Source: an uncultured Candidatus Saccharibacteria bacterium (GTDB lineage: Bacteria > Patescibacteriota > Dojkabacteria > J137). Taken from it: a stretch of 64,000 nt of DNA. The notes beneath the pieces are model-generated. The model worked only from the letters and a program-made list of their open reading frames with translations. It did no database searches and had not been told where the DNA came from. Location of the stretch: contig OZ246402.1 in the NCBI GenBank assembly GCA_965230975.1, positions 101,771-165,770 of the forward strand, read 5' to 3'. Each line of letters begins with the position of its first letter. Position 1 is the first letter of the stretch. Positions 49,364-59,688 of the stretch are shown here, piece by piece. A program made the position numbers and the translations under genes.

Positions 49364-50344
49364 ATGGCACATTTTCTACAATCACAAATTTGGAAGGAAT
49401 GTAAAAGGAATTTGGGTAACCAGATATTTGATGTAGGTCAATACTTTTTTCATACTACTAAACTTCCTATATTGCCAAAAACAATTGGATATATGCCAAG
49501 ACCTAACCTACGAGCAATTAATTGGGAAGAATTAGTAAAAAAAGGAATAGAATCTAAAGCTATTTTTATTACAATTGACCCAGAAAATTTAAAAGATGAG
49601 ATACCTAATTCTTTAGAATACGTTAACAAAAAAATAGATAGCTTGCTTGAAAAAAATCCAAGGCTAAAAATAGATGCAAGTTTAGGTAAACCTGTGCACT
49701 TACAAGAAAATATTGTTTTAAATTTGACTATCCCTTCAGAAGAGATTTTAAACTCCATGAAGCAAAAACATAGATATAACCTAAAACTAGCTGCAAAAAG
49801 AGGTGTAGAAGTTGATATTTCTGATTCAGATAAAGCATTAGAAGAATTTTTAATTTTATATCAAGAAACGGTTAATAGACACGAATATAATGGTAGAAGT
49901 GGCGAATATATTTATGAGGTTTGGAAAACCGTGAAAGAAATGTCTAAACATGGAGCAAATCCAGGTACTGATATTCAAATTGCAACAGCCTACTTTGAAA
50001 ATAAACCATTAGCTAGCTGGATGCTATTCTTAGATGGAGATACTATTTATTATCCATACGGAGGATCTAGTGATTTAAATAAAAATGTAATGGCTCCTTA
50101 TGCATTAGTTTGGGCAATTGTTGAATGGGGAAAAGCAAAAGGTTACAAACACTTTGATTTATGGGGAATTAAAAAGAATAAAAACTTTAACCCAGATAGT
50201 GGCGAAGAACTAGAATATGATGGTTATTCTAGATTTAAATTTGGTTTTGGTGGAGAACATGTCGTTCATGCAAATACAGTTGACTTGGTTTTTGACCCAC
50301 TACTTTATAAAGCATTAAAACTTGCACAAAAGATTAGACGTTAA
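49364..50344 (+). CDS. FemAB-family peptidoglycan bridge-formation aminoacyltransferase (paralogue 2)
   Basis: MAHFLQSQIWKECKRNLGNQ is the FemAB N-terminal signature. C-terminal region YALVWAIVEWGKAKGYKHFDLWGI. Confidence 0.65.
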   Translation: MAHFLQSQIWKECKRNLGNQIFDVGQYFFHTTKLPILPKTIGYMPRPNLRAINWEELVKKGIESKAIFITIDPENLKDEIPNSLEYVNKKIDSLLEKNPRLKIDASLGKPVHLQENIVLNLTIPSEEILNSMKQKHRYNLKLAAKRGVEVDISDSDKALEEFLILYQETVNRHEYNGRSGEYIYEVWKTVKEMSKHGANPGTDIQIATAYFENKPLASWMLFLDGDTIYYPYGGSSDLNKNVMAPYALVWAIVEWGKAKGYKHFDLWGIKKNKNFNPDSGEELEYDGYSRFKFGFGGEHVVHANTVDLVFDPLLYKALKLAQKIRR

Positions 50345-51051
50345 TACCCATCTGCCAGTTTAATATTTTCAATTACTTCTAAAGGCAAAGGTTCCATTCT
50401 TGAATCAAGTTCCATGTCGTTAAAAAAATCTTTTTTGTATTCTGCGGCATTACTTTCACAAAGCCATAGATTTTCTTGAAAAGGAACTCTATCTAAAAAC
50501 TCACCTTGAAAATCTGTAACAAAAAATATATAGAAAATTGAATCCTGTACAAATACCCCATCTGTTCTATGTCTTAGCTTGTGATAAATCTTTTCTAATG
50601 TAAAATTCTTAGCAGTTAACCCTGTTTCTTCAAACAATTCTCTTTTTGCAGATTCTTCAAAAGTTTCTCCAAATCTAACTTTTCCACCGATTCTACCAAT
50701 TTGACCAAAATACGGTTGTTTCAATCTACGATTAAGTAAATGCTCTACCTCACCATCTTTTTTAACTCTTCTACCGTTTATCAAAACAGTAACTTTTGGC
50801 TGTCTTTCAACTTCTAAGGTTAATCCATCAATGGTATCAACGTAACCTTTACCTGTATCTGTAAGCGTATATAGGTCTCTTTCTTTGTTGACTAAACTGA
50901 GTTCAATTAGTTTCTTAATATGATAATTTACATGCTCACTTTCTAACCCTTCAATAAGTAACTCATTAAATTTCAAACCTAAAGACCCGGCAAGTTTTCT
51001 TAAGATTTCCTGTTGAAGGTAATGTAAATCTAATGTATTGATAGTATTCAT
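50341..51051 (-). CDS. NUDIX hydrolase with N-terminal winged-helix domain
   Basis: Nudix box GGKVRFGETFEESAKRELFEETGL. The N-terminal region is ~90 aa and HTH-like. Confidence 0.75.
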   Translation of the reverse strand: MNTINTLDLHYLQQEILRKLAGSLGLKFNELLIEGLESEHVNYHIKKLIELSLVNKERDLYTLTDTGKGYVDTIDGLTLEVERQPKVTVLINGRRVKKDGEVEHLLNRRLKQPYFGQIGRIGGKVRFGETFEESAKRELFEETGLTAKNFTLEKIYHKLRHRTDGVFVQDSIFYIFFVTDFQGEFLDRVPFQENLWLCESNAAEYKKDFFNDMELDSRMEPLPLEVIENIKLADGY

Positions 51052-51122
51052 AAGTGCTTAATAAAAATATATACAGGGATTTTAGCTTTTTACTGTAGAT
51101 GTTCAACTGAAATTGTTTTTAG

Positions 51123-52595
51123 TTAATAACGACCCAGATCAAATAGCCACCTTTGAAGATAAGTGCTGGATTCAATCTTTTTATACTCTGAAGCTAACTC
51201 TTTACCAATCCATCTGTAATGCCATGGTTCATAAATATAACCTGTTTGGCTTTGCTTACTTTCAGGGTAAGAGATAACAAAACCAAATCTATAAGCATTA
51301 TTGGCTAGCCAATCCCAGGCCGCTTGATTTCCAGTACATGAATTATTAAAAGAATCGCACCCTGCTCCATTTAAATCTAATGCAGTCCCGAGCTGATGCT
51401 CAGAAAAACCAGCTCTTGCAGAGTAAGTATTAGCTATTGCCTCGGCTTGAGCTCTTGAATAACCTTTAGACATTTCTACACTAGTCCAGTAGTTAAATGT
51501 GTTTAGCTGATCTGTGTAAGATCTATATCCAGAAGTAACCATTAAATTAACTTTATCTGCTCGTGCAGCTTTGTATAATTCATAAAAATCATTAAATGCA
51601 ACTTTATTAATCCTTTGAAATCCTGGAGCAAAATCCACCGATAAAACCTCTGGGGTATAGTCAGGTTTGACAGCATGTGTTTTATCTATTGGGTATAAAG
51701 TACATTCAATACAGGTTCCAATAAAATATCCATTTTCTTCAATAAATTGTTTAATGCATAGATTATCTAAAAATTCTTGAAAGTCTTGAAATTCATAACT
51801 TTGGTTTATGGAGTTGTATTCAAAGTTTAGTTCTCTAGATTTATTACAATTCCCAAGTTTTATATTCAACTTCCCAACTACAAAACTTTCCTGCTCGTTT
51901 AATATAATATGCTCATTTGTAAAATAAGTAATTGAATCAATCCCAATATTTTCTAGCTTGGTTTTGTCTTGAGGGTAAATAAAATTCAAGTCATTTTCAT
52001 ATATTTGTAAAAGGTTTGAAAACTTAGTCTTTATGCTTGCATCTAAAGATTCAATATCTTTTTGACCAAAATAAATAATTTCGTTCTTAGGCTCTAATTT
52101 AGATGAGTATGCATTAAAGTTTTTAGTCAATATTCTGTTTGGTTCTTTATAGTTAATATTCCAAACATAAGTAATATTAGCCCCGCGCTCACCTTTGTTA
52201 ACATAAGAGTAACCTAACGGGAATGAGTCATCATATTTTTGAATATATTTGAAATCTATTGGAATAATATTTTCACTCTGTTCTATTTTTAAGTAAGTTG
52301 GCGAAAAAGACTTATCTAGTTGAGAAAGTTTGTTTATATATGAATTAGCTAAATCATAATCAAACACTTTAAAATCTGTATTTAAATCTAACTTATCTTT
52401 ATTATCGATTAATATGTTGTTTAAAACGTTAAAATAATTAGATACACTCTCTTTAGAAGGGTAATTATAAGTGTTTAAAGCTGCGATTTTTAGATTGTAA
52501 CTATTACTAGATGTAAGAATAAAGCCAACAAGAACTAGTGCTAGTGAAAACCCAAGTAACAGTATTACTGGAAATTTAATCTTAATTTGTTTCAT
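51123..52595 (-). CDS. membrane-anchored M15B (VanY-type) D-alanyl-D-alanine carboxypeptidase family protein
   Basis: C-terminal domain has MVTSGYRSYTDQ, SEHQLGTALDL (SxHxxGxAxD), and EPWHYRWIG. N-terminal TM helix. Confidence 0.8.
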   Translation of the reverse strand: MKQIKIKFPVILLLGFSLALVLVGFILTSSNSYNLKIAALNTYNYPSKESVSNYFNVLNNILIDNKDKLDLNTDFKVFDYDLANSYINKLSQLDKSFSPTYLKIEQSENIIPIDFKYIQKYDDSFPLGYSYVNKGERGANITYVWNINYKEPNRILTKNFNAYSSKLEPKNEIIYFGQKDIESLDASIKTKFSNLLQIYENDLNFIYPQDKTKLENIGIDSITYFTNEHIILNEQESFVVGKLNIKLGNCNKSRELNFEYNSINQSYEFQDFQEFLDNLCIKQFIEENGYFIGTCIECTLYPIDKTHAVKPDYTPEVLSVDFAPGFQRINKVAFNDFYELYKAARADKVNLMVTSGYRSYTDQLNTFNYWTSVEMSKGYSRAQAEAIANTYSARAGFSEHQLGTALDLNGAGCDSFNNSCTGNQAAWDWLANNAYRFGFVISYPESKQSQTGYIYEPWHYRWIGKELASEYKKIESSTYLQRWLFDLGRY

Positions 52596-52608
52596 TAAAA
52601 CCGGAATT

Positions 52609-53811
52609 TTATATATAACTTAAATTCCACATTGCTATCCACCCTACTTGACCATTTCCAAGATCTAATTTTGCCCACAAAGTTTGATTATTTTGTTCTA
52701 ATAAGAAGAACCTTGTACCTGCCACAGCCCTTAAAGCGACTCCAGAAGATGTATATGGTTGATAGTATATATTTGCAAAACCGGCACTATTGTTTTTAAT
52801 AGCAATAATTTGTTTATCTGTTTTTTTTACATTTACCTTTATTTCTATTGCATCTGATTGAACTTTAGCTCCAGAAAATGTTCTTAATTCAAATTGCTCG
52901 GAAACCTCTCCAACATATAGTGGTGCTCTAATTTTAAAATCAAATTTAAGCTCTTGATTTGGTAAAAAACTCTGACCTTCTGCCATTATTTGTGTTTGAG
53001 TTTGACTAGACCACACATTGTTTACATAAAATATACTAGACCCACCATTATTTTTGGTAAGTATAAGTTCTGAGTTTGAATCTGCGTAATTACCATTTTG
53101 CCCACTGTTTTTTAAAGTTAGAGAGACGGTAATTTCTTGCCCAGGGTCAACCTCTTCTGTAGGTAAAACAATTGAAGATATTTGTGCGGAATATTCTTTT
53201 GCAACAGGTGCAAACCCTGTAATTGCGTTAACTAGTTTACTAACGCTACTTTCCCAGTTCCCAAATGCTTTTTCTGCAATTACCTCTATTGTCTTTGCCT
53301 CTTTATTTCTTTTAAATCTCAAGTTTTTAACAGCAGTTTTATTAGGGTTAATATTGTTGTAGTTTGCTATTTGTAAAACCAATTCTTTAAAAGCTTTCTC
53401 CGCTCTTGGATCGATATTTGTGGTTGTTCCTTTATTAATGTAACCAACAATAACGCTATGAGAGCTAAAGTCTGTAATGTTCACTTGTTTTTCATCTCCA
53501 AACTTATTTCCTTTATAAACTATACCAGATTCTGTTATTAGGTAATGAAAAGGCATATCTGGAAACCCTAGCCTATCTACGGTGTAATAGTAAACACCTT
53601 TGTACCACTCAGATTCAGATAAGCTAAAATCTCTATTTATAGTTATTGGAACTATTAAAATATCTGTAGGGTTAGAATATAAACTATCATCTTTTAAAAT
53701 ACTTTCATCTATATTTAAAGCGGTTCTATTTGTTAAATCCAGTGCATGTATAGATATAGGAGAAAATAAGGTTATTGATAAAAGTATTGTAATTAATAAT
53801 ATTGTTTTCAT
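52609..53811 (-). CDS. secreted amidase_2/PGRP-like cell-wall protein with CARDB-like and SH3b-like C-terminal regions (putative)
   Basis: Signal peptide. WYKGVYYYTVDRLGF...HYLITESGIVYKGNKFGD...HSVIVGYI matches the amidase_2 core. VDPGQEITVSLTLKNSGQ is a CARDB-like motif. Confidence 0.4.
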   Translation of the reverse strand: MKTILLITILLSITLFSPISIHALDLTNRTALNIDESILKDDSLYSNPTDILIVPITINRDFSLSESEWYKGVYYYTVDRLGFPDMPFHYLITESGIVYKGNKFGDEKQVNITDFSSHSVIVGYINKGTTTNIDPRAEKAFKELVLQIANYNNINPNKTAVKNLRFKRNKEAKTIEVIAEKAFGNWESSVSKLVNAITGFAPVAKEYSAQISSIVLPTEEVDPGQEITVSLTLKNSGQNGNYADSNSELILTKNNGGSSIFYVNNVWSSQTQTQIMAEGQSFLPNQELKFDFKIRAPLYVGEVSEQFELRTFSGAKVQSDAIEIKVNVKKTDKQIIAIKNNSAGFANIYYQPYTSSGVALRAVAGTRFFLLEQNNQTLWAKLDLGNGQVGWIAMWNLSYI

Positions 53812-53822
53812 TAACTTCTATT

Positions 53823-54731
53823 TTACAGTGTTAGAAGAAAGAGTGTAAGCCCCATTTTATCGTCAATTTCTCCAGACTTTATAGCATAATCTAGGTTAAA
53901 CAGTCTTTCGGTATATGTTTTAAGCTCTTTTAAAGTGAAATTTTTAGATTTTGTTTGAGTTTTTTTTAATATAAAAGATGGGATAGCCAAAGATTTTATT
54001 TGTTCCGAATTGTTTATTGAAACATTTACCTGTGTAATTAGCCTAAACTCTCTCTGTAGCAATGAGATTATTAACTGAGATGTATCTTCATAAGCGGTTA
54101 ACTTTAAAAGTTCATTTATTGCTTTAGATTTATCTCTATTTCCAACATAATCTAAAAAGTTCCACAGGTCTCCTTTCACAGTTAACCCAAAAATCTCTTT
54201 TATATTTTCTACAGATGGCTCGGATAAATTGATAATACTTAATTTTTTTAACTCTTTTTCTAAAACCCACTTGTCAGTACTTACATTTTCTAATATAAAA
54301 TTAATAACAGGCTCGTTCAGTTTTAACTGAATTTTTTTACTATATTCTTTCAACCATATTTTTAATTCAGGGATTTTTGGGAGATCAAAATTTTTAACTA
54401 GCTTGTGTAAATTAAGCGTTTTAAATATTTTAGTCTTAGAATCAAGTGGTTTATCTTGCCAAATAATTAAATCAACATTTTTAAATTGCTCAATATTTTC
54501 TGCAAAATAGGTAGCTATATCCTTAGAATTTAAAATTCTTTTTGCAAAAAAAACAGGCGACGAACCAAAAATATCAATACTTTCAACTTGATAAAGTAGA
54601 TCGTTAAGATTATTAACATCATCTTCGTTAATAATTTTTATATCTTTATTTTTTTCTTTAGAAATTTTAGTTACATGAAGCTTAGCAGTTTTGTAGCTAG
54701 CATATGTATCTTCTCCGGAATAAACAAACAT
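53823..54731 (-). CDS. holA: DNA polymerase III delta subunit-like
   Basis: 302 aa. MFVYSGEDTYA N-terminus (ylltGeD), and a helical C-terminal domain with the DYVGNRDKSKAINELLKL pattern. Confidence 0.5.
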   Translation of the reverse strand: MFVYSGEDTYASYKTAKLHVTKISKEKNKDIKIINEDDVNNLNDLLYQVESIDIFGSSPVFFAKRILNSKDIATYFAENIEQFKNVDLIIWQDKPLDSKTKIFKTLNLHKLVKNFDLPKIPELKIWLKEYSKKIQLKLNEPVINFILENVSTDKWVLEKELKKLSIINLSEPSVENIKEIFGLTVKGDLWNFLDYVGNRDKSKAINELLKLTAYEDTSQLIISLLQREFRLITQVNVSINNSEQIKSLAIPSFILKKTQTKSKNFTLKELKTYTERLFNLDYAIKSGEIDDKMGLTLFLLTL

Positions 54732-55501
54732 TACTGAAATAAGTTAACGTTTACAAATACATCTAAGTATAACTTATCTTTTTGAAATTCTATTCTATTA
54801 ATTTTCACATTGCCATTTTCTGCGAATAACGTGTCTAAAAAGTTGCCAGAAGAGCCTAAACCACTCGCGTTAAGGATAGATAGTATTAGATTATTTGCCG
54901 AGTCATTTGCAAATTCAGGTAAAGTGAGATTTGGTGTGCCAAGCTTGCTTATTGCAATTTTATTATCTTGTACCTTTAGTTTTACATTTGCGTAAATAGG
55001 ATTTGCAGAGTTATCTAAAGCCCAATACATAGATAGTTCTCCACTTTCTAAATCAAACCTTAAATCTTTTAACTGAGTTAATCTCTCTCTAGCAATGGCT
55101 GTAAGCTGATCTTCTGTAATGTAAATATCATTTTGACCATTTTTAATATTGCTAATAATATTTTCTTCTATAAAGGTTGAATCAGTACTAACATACTGAG
55201 GAAGGTTTATACCTGTATTCAAATAACTTACTACTCTATCCCAAATAAAAGCTGGTCTATTTACTATAATTAATAATGAACCAACGCAACATAAAATAAG
55301 TAATAATGATATTAAGCAACCAGCCAAGTTACAACCCATACCTGAAAAACAACCATTCCCTCGTTTGTACTCTATTACCTTTGTTTGTTGAACAATTGGT
55401 TGCGTTGGAGCTACTGGTTGAGCGGGCAAACTATTGCCTGTTGGTGTGCTAGTAACTAAATTGCCCGAAAGTTGTGATTTACTTGGGTTTTTGCTGTTCA
55501 T
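54731..55501 (-). CDS. hypothetical membrane-anchored protein with Pro/Gln-rich N-terminus
   Basis: 256 aa with one TM helix (LISLLLILCCVGSLLIIV). No motif. Confidence 0.4.
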   Translation of the reverse strand: MNSKNPSKSQLSGNLVTSTPTGNSLPAQPVAPTQPIVQQTKVIEYKRGNGCFSGMGCNLAGCLISLLLILCCVGSLLIIVNRPAFIWDRVVSYLNTGINLPQYVSTDSTFIEENIISNIKNGQNDIYITEDQLTAIARERLTQLKDLRFDLESGELSMYWALDNSANPIYANVKLKVQDNKIAISKLGTPNLTLPEFANDSANNLILSILNASGLGSSGNFLDTLFAENGNVKINRIEFQKDKLYLDVFVNVNLFQ

Positions 55502-55538
55502 AATTTAAAATGCTTAAGATTAGTATATCATTATTTTT

Positions 55539-56069
55539 ATGAAGCTCGTTTTTGTATTTTTAACAATTGGAGTTTTTTTTGCACTATTAACAGTTTTTAT
55601 TGTTAATAACTTTTCTCCATTTGATACTGCCAAGCTTGCCGAGATAGTTGAAGATAACACTATTTCTGCAACTTCTCCAGAACAATTAGACACTGAAGTT
55701 TCAGATTTAATAGCGAAAGGGCTGATATTTGATTATTTATCTAATAATGCATATTTAACTTTGATTACTATCTCGGCAAGCTTGGCTTGTTTTATTGCCA
55801 GCATTCACTTGTTTATAGATAAAGTGTTTTTCAAGAGTTTGTGGCAAAATCCATCAGTATTTAATGCTTTAAGAAGAGGGGTTTTGGTTTCTTTAAGTTT
55901 TGTAGTAGTTATTTATTTGAAGTTTTTGAGGGTGGAAGTAATTACATTACTTCTTATACCGGCAAGTGCTTTAGTATTGGAAATTATATATGTAAGTTTA
56001 GAAAAAGATATTATTAAGTTGATTCAAAAAGTTAAAACTCAAAGCAATAAGAATGCTAAAGTCTCTTAA
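55539..56069 (+). CDS. hypothetical polytopic membrane protein
   Basis: 176 aa with 4 hydrophobic helices. Confidence 0.4.
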   Translation: MKLVFVFLTIGVFFALLTVFIVNNFSPFDTAKLAEIVEDNTISATSPEQLDTEVSDLIAKGLIFDYLSNNAYLTLITISASLACFIASIHLFIDKVFFKSLWQNPSVFNALRRGVLVSLSFVVVIYLKFLRVEVITLLLIPASALVLEIIYVSLEKDIIKLIQKVKTQSNKNAKVS

Positions 56070-56760
56070 TTTGATTCTCGTATACTGGATTAATTTTATA
56101 CCCGCAATTGTGCACTGTAACTATTAAATTTTCATAACCTAAATATTCTAGCTTTTTTCTGACTCTGCTAATTAATGTATCAATTGCACTGTCAGATAAT
56201 GCTCTTGTTCGATTCATTATTTTAGATAAGAGCTCTGCTCTTGTATAGAGTTTGCAATCGTTATGGGTAAATAGATTAATTAGGTTGTACTCTGATCTAC
56301 TTAGTGTAAATGTAATACTCCCATTTGAAATTGTTCGCTCACTTTTATTAAAGATAAAGTTTTCAATCTTTACGGTATTGTGTACCTCGGTTTTAGATAG
56401 GTAACTATTTATTTGGGCTATTAGTAAAACGAAATCAATAGGCTTTGGGTGAAATAGTGTTGCCCTTTTTTCAAAACTTTTTACAACATTTTTTTGCTCA
56501 ATATTGTCTGTAATAACAATAATTGGAGTAATGCTGTCGTATTGCCTTATGTTTTCTATAACATCAAAACCGCTAATATCTGGTAGGCCAATATCAATTA
56601 AGAAAAGGGAATATCTGTTTTTAGAGGACTCCGATAAACCCTCTAGACCGCTTTTGACTCTGGTTAATGGGTACCCAGAATTAATAATGAATTTTTCTAG
56701 TAGGAATCCTAAATTAACGTCATCTTCTATTAATAGTATTTTTGGTTTTGAATTGTTCAT
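56056..56760 (-). CDS. OmpR-family two-component response regulator
   Basis: Receiver domain KILLIEDDVNLG...LFLIDIGLPDISG (phospho-Asp), and a winged-helix C-terminus. Confidence 0.85.
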   Translation of the reverse strand: MNNSKPKILLIEDDVNLGFLLEKFIINSGYPLTRVKSGLEGLSESSKNRYSLFLIDIGLPDISGFDVIENIRQYDSITPIIVITDNIEQKNVVKSFEKRATLFHPKPIDFVLLIAQINSYLSKTEVHNTVKIENFIFNKSERTISNGSITFTLSRSEYNLINLFTHNDCKLYTRAELLSKIMNRTRALSDSAIDTLISRVRKKLEYLGYENLIVTVHNCGYKINPVYENQIKRL

Positions 56761-56777
56761 AATAAAAATTATCTAAT

Positions 56778-57542
56778 TCATTTCTTACAAAGTCCTTGCA
56801 ATTTCAAAAAAACTTGAGTTTCTTGACCTTCTACACTCTTAATTTGTATTGTCCCATTTAATTTTTCTTTTAAAGCTTTCTTTACAAAAGAAAGTCCTAA
56901 ACCTAAACTATTTGTTTTTGTGGTGTAACCACTATCAAAAATCTTATTAATTAGAGTAGATGAAATGCCATTTCCATTATCTTTTATACTTATAACAACA
57001 AGTTCGTTTTCAATATACATATCTATTTGAATACTCTTAGTTTGTTTGTTCGTTAACGCTAACTCTTCTATTGCATTGTTAACAATATTCATTAAAACTC
57101 TTTCCAGTGTTAATGGATAGCTTTTAATATAATAATCAGATGATTTGCAAAAGATAATTGAGACCTGAAGTTTACAAGCTTTTGAATGCAAGATCCTTAC
57201 AACATTTTCAATAGTTTCGCTTAAATTAAAAACCTTTTTAACCTCTCTGCTTTTTTTAAACCTCTTAATAGTAGATAGCATCTCTACTGCAGATTCAACA
57301 GATGCTTTACCAGATTTTAAAACCTCTTTTTTGGTTGTATATTTTGGAGATTCTTCCAATAATATAAAGGTTGCTTGTAGTGAAGATAGTGGTGTTGCTA
57401 AATCATGCAAAACATAGTTTGTGATTAAACTTTCTTCTACCTGTTTTTCCAGATTCGCTTTTTTGGAATACTCTTTATTTAAAAGTTTTTCGTATTGTTT
57501 GAACTGAATATTTAAAGCCTTTGGTAGGTGGGTATTTTTCAT
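56778..57542 (-). CDS. sensor histidine kinase (cytoplasmic, no TM segment)
   Basis: H-box LHDLATPLSSLQ. HATPase_c N, G1 and G2 boxes (NIVNNAIE, IKDNGNGI, GLGLSFVKK). Confidence 0.85.
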   Translation of the reverse strand: MKNTHLPKALNIQFKQYEKLLNKEYSKKANLEKQVEESLITNYVLHDLATPLSSLQATFILLEESPKYTTKKEVLKSGKASVESAVEMLSTIKRFKKSREVKKVFNLSETIENVVRILHSKACKLQVSIIFCKSSDYYIKSYPLTLERVLMNIVNNAIEELALTNKQTKSIQIDMYIENELVVISIKDNGNGISSTLINKIFDSGYTTKTNSLGLGLSFVKKALKEKLNGTIQIKSVEGQETQVFLKLQGLCKK

Positions 57543-58432
57543 AATGCATAGTAATTGACGTTATATTCTTTTAAAGAAATTTTAGAAACATCTTTGCCTA
57601 AAACAAATAATGCAGTTGCCCAACCATCTGCATCGGTAGCATTACTTGCCATTACATAAATTGTTTTAAAATCATTTTGAGGTTTGCCAGTTAAAGGGTT
57701 TATTAAGTGGTGAAATTGTTTAACTTTTCTTGCCCAAGACCCACTACATGCTAATGCTTGATTACTAAGATTAACTTTTGAATGAATAACCTCTTTTCCA
57801 GTATCGTCCATTGTTTTTAAACCAATGCTCCACTCTTTATCTTTTTCATTTAAGCCAACAGCCATTAAATCACCACCTGCATCAATTAGAAAATTTTTTA
57901 TATTAAATTTATTTTTTAAAACATTAGTAGCGCAGTCAATAGCATAGCCCTTGCCAATTCCACCTAAATCTATTTTTTGATCTTTACATAATTTAACTTT
58001 GCAATTTTTACTATCTAAGTCTATGTCTTTATAGCTTGGTCTATTTTTTACTCTATCTATAACAATATTGTCCAATTCAGGATTTTCTAGCTTTGAAAAA
58101 TCATAATTTTTATCGTAACCATAAAGTTCTAAAAAGTCTATTACTGTTGGGTCAAAAGCCCCGCCAGTAGCGTTGGCTAAGCTTAACATTTGATTTATAA
58201 GACTAAAGAATTCTGATGTAACTTGAACCCATTCCCCTGCTTTTCTATTTAAGTTAGACAGTTCGCTATTTTCATTAAACCTGGTATAGGCTTTTACAAT
58301 ACGCTCAAATTCAGAAAACCCCTCTTCAATTGCATCTAAAATCGTAACTGTATTTTCTAAATCTTTAACAACTTTAAAAGTTATTAAAGTATTCATAAAA
58401 CTTTTTTGTTTTACAATTAGTTGTTTGCTCAT
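57539..58432 (-). CDS. FAD:protein FMN transferase (ApbE family)
   Basis: KIDLGGIGKGYAIDCA, GGAFDPTV, and a C-terminal ADGWATALFV are typical ApbE motifs. Confidence 0.8.
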   Translation of the reverse strand: MSKQLIVKQKSFMNTLITFKVVKDLENTVTILDAIEEGFSEFERIVKAYTRFNENSELSNLNRKAGEWVQVTSEFFSLINQMLSLANATGGAFDPTVIDFLELYGYDKNYDFSKLENPELDNIVIDRVKNRPSYKDIDLDSKNCKVKLCKDQKIDLGGIGKGYAIDCATNVLKNKFNIKNFLIDAGGDLMAVGLNEKDKEWSIGLKTMDDTGKEVIHSKVNLSNQALACSGSWARKVKQFHHLINPLTGKPQNDFKTIYVMASNATDADGWATALFVLGKDVSKISLKEYNVNYYAL

Positions 58433-58541
58433 TATGTTTTGATTTTAATATAAAAAGGTATATAAACAATGTATTGTGGCACAAATTATCAATAAATTTA
58501 ACATGATATACTAAAGAGTAATATTTATTACCAAAAATTTT

Positions 58542-59141
58542 ATGCACACATTATCACCATTACCTTACAAAACATCAGCTTTAGAGCCTTTTATAGATGC
58601 TTTAACAATGGAAATTCATCATGATAAACACCATCAATCTTATGTAAATAATTTAAACAACTTGTTACAACCATACTCGCAACTTCAGTCAATGAGTGTA
58701 GAAGAGTTGTTAACAAGCATTGAAGCTGTTCCACAAGAGGTTAGACAAGGAGTTATTAATAATGCGGGTGGCCACGCAAATCACACGTTCTTTTGGAACT
58801 TAATTACTCCTGGTGGTGCAAAAACACCATCGGATGAATTACTCGAGATTTTTGATAATGACTTTGGATCTTTTGAAGATTTTAAAACTAAATTTACAGA
58901 AGTTGCTACCAAGCGGTTTGGAAGTGGTTGGGCTTGGTTAGTAAGAAATTTAGAGGGTAAGTTTGAGGTTTACTCTACTGCAAATCAAGATTCTCCTTTA
59001 ATGGAAGGTAAAACACCAATTATAGGGTTAGATGTTTGGGAGCATGCATACTATTTAAAATATCAAAATAGAAGACCAGAATATATAGAGGCTTTTTGGA
59101 ATATTGTAAATTGGGATAAAGTTGAAGAGAATTTGGCATAA
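58542..59141 (+). CDS. sodA: Fe/Mn superoxide dismutase
   Basis: [14 protein letters not shown], and C-terminal [18 protein letters not shown]. Confidence 0.9.
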   Translation: MHTLSPLPYKTSALEPFIDALTMEIHHDKHHQSYVNNLNNLLQPYSQLQSMSVEELLTSIEAVPQEVRQGVINNAGGHANHTFFWNLITPGGAKTPSDELLEIFDNDFGSFEDFKTKFTEVATKRFGSGWAWLVRNLEGKFEVYSTANQDSPLMEGKTPIIGLDVWEHAYYLKYQNRRPEYIEAFWNIVNWDKVEENLA

Positions 59142-59181
59142 AATAAAGTTATTTATAAACTCTATTTTTTAAATAGTTAAA

Positions 59182-59688
59182 ATGGTTATATACCTACCTG
59201 GGTTTGGCATTCATAATAAATCAGAGATGGAAAGTATCTCTTCTACTTTGCGTTCCAATGGATTTGATGTTTTAACACATGAGTGGAGGCACTGGAAAGA
59301 TGAATCAGTGAAATGGGATGTAAATGCAGAAATCGAACTTATTAAGCAGGAAATAGCAACATCTCAAGTCGATTTTGTAGTTGCAAAGTCTTTAGGTTCT
59401 TATGTTGCGGCAACTATGGTTTGGCAAAAAGTTATTGATCCACAAAAGGTTGTTTTAATGGGAGTTCCCTTAAATGACCTAAGTACTGATGAAAAAGAGT
59501 TTGTGGGTTTGGCAATAAAAAGAATGAGTGGCAAGCTTACAGTTATTCAAAATAGCCAAGATGAACATTGTTCTTTAGAAGACCTGAACTTTTTAATTGC
59601 AAATGTTCAACACGATTTAATAATTAAAGAATCAAATACTCACGAATATAATTACCCGGAAGGGGTTTTGAAGGTTTTACAAAGTTAG
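59182..59688 (+). CDS. alpha/beta-hydrolase-fold protein (putative)
   Basis: FVVAKSLGSYVAA (GxSxG-like nucleophile elbow), short at 168 aa. Confidence 0.4.
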   Translation: MVIYLPGFGIHNKSEMESISSTLRSNGFDVLTHEWRHWKDESVKWDVNAEIELIKQEIATSQVDFVVAKSLGSYVAATMVWQKVIDPQKVVLMGVPLNDLSTDEKEFVGLAIKRMSGKLTVIQNSQDEHCSLEDLNFLIANVQHDLIIKESNTHEYNYPEGVLKVLQS

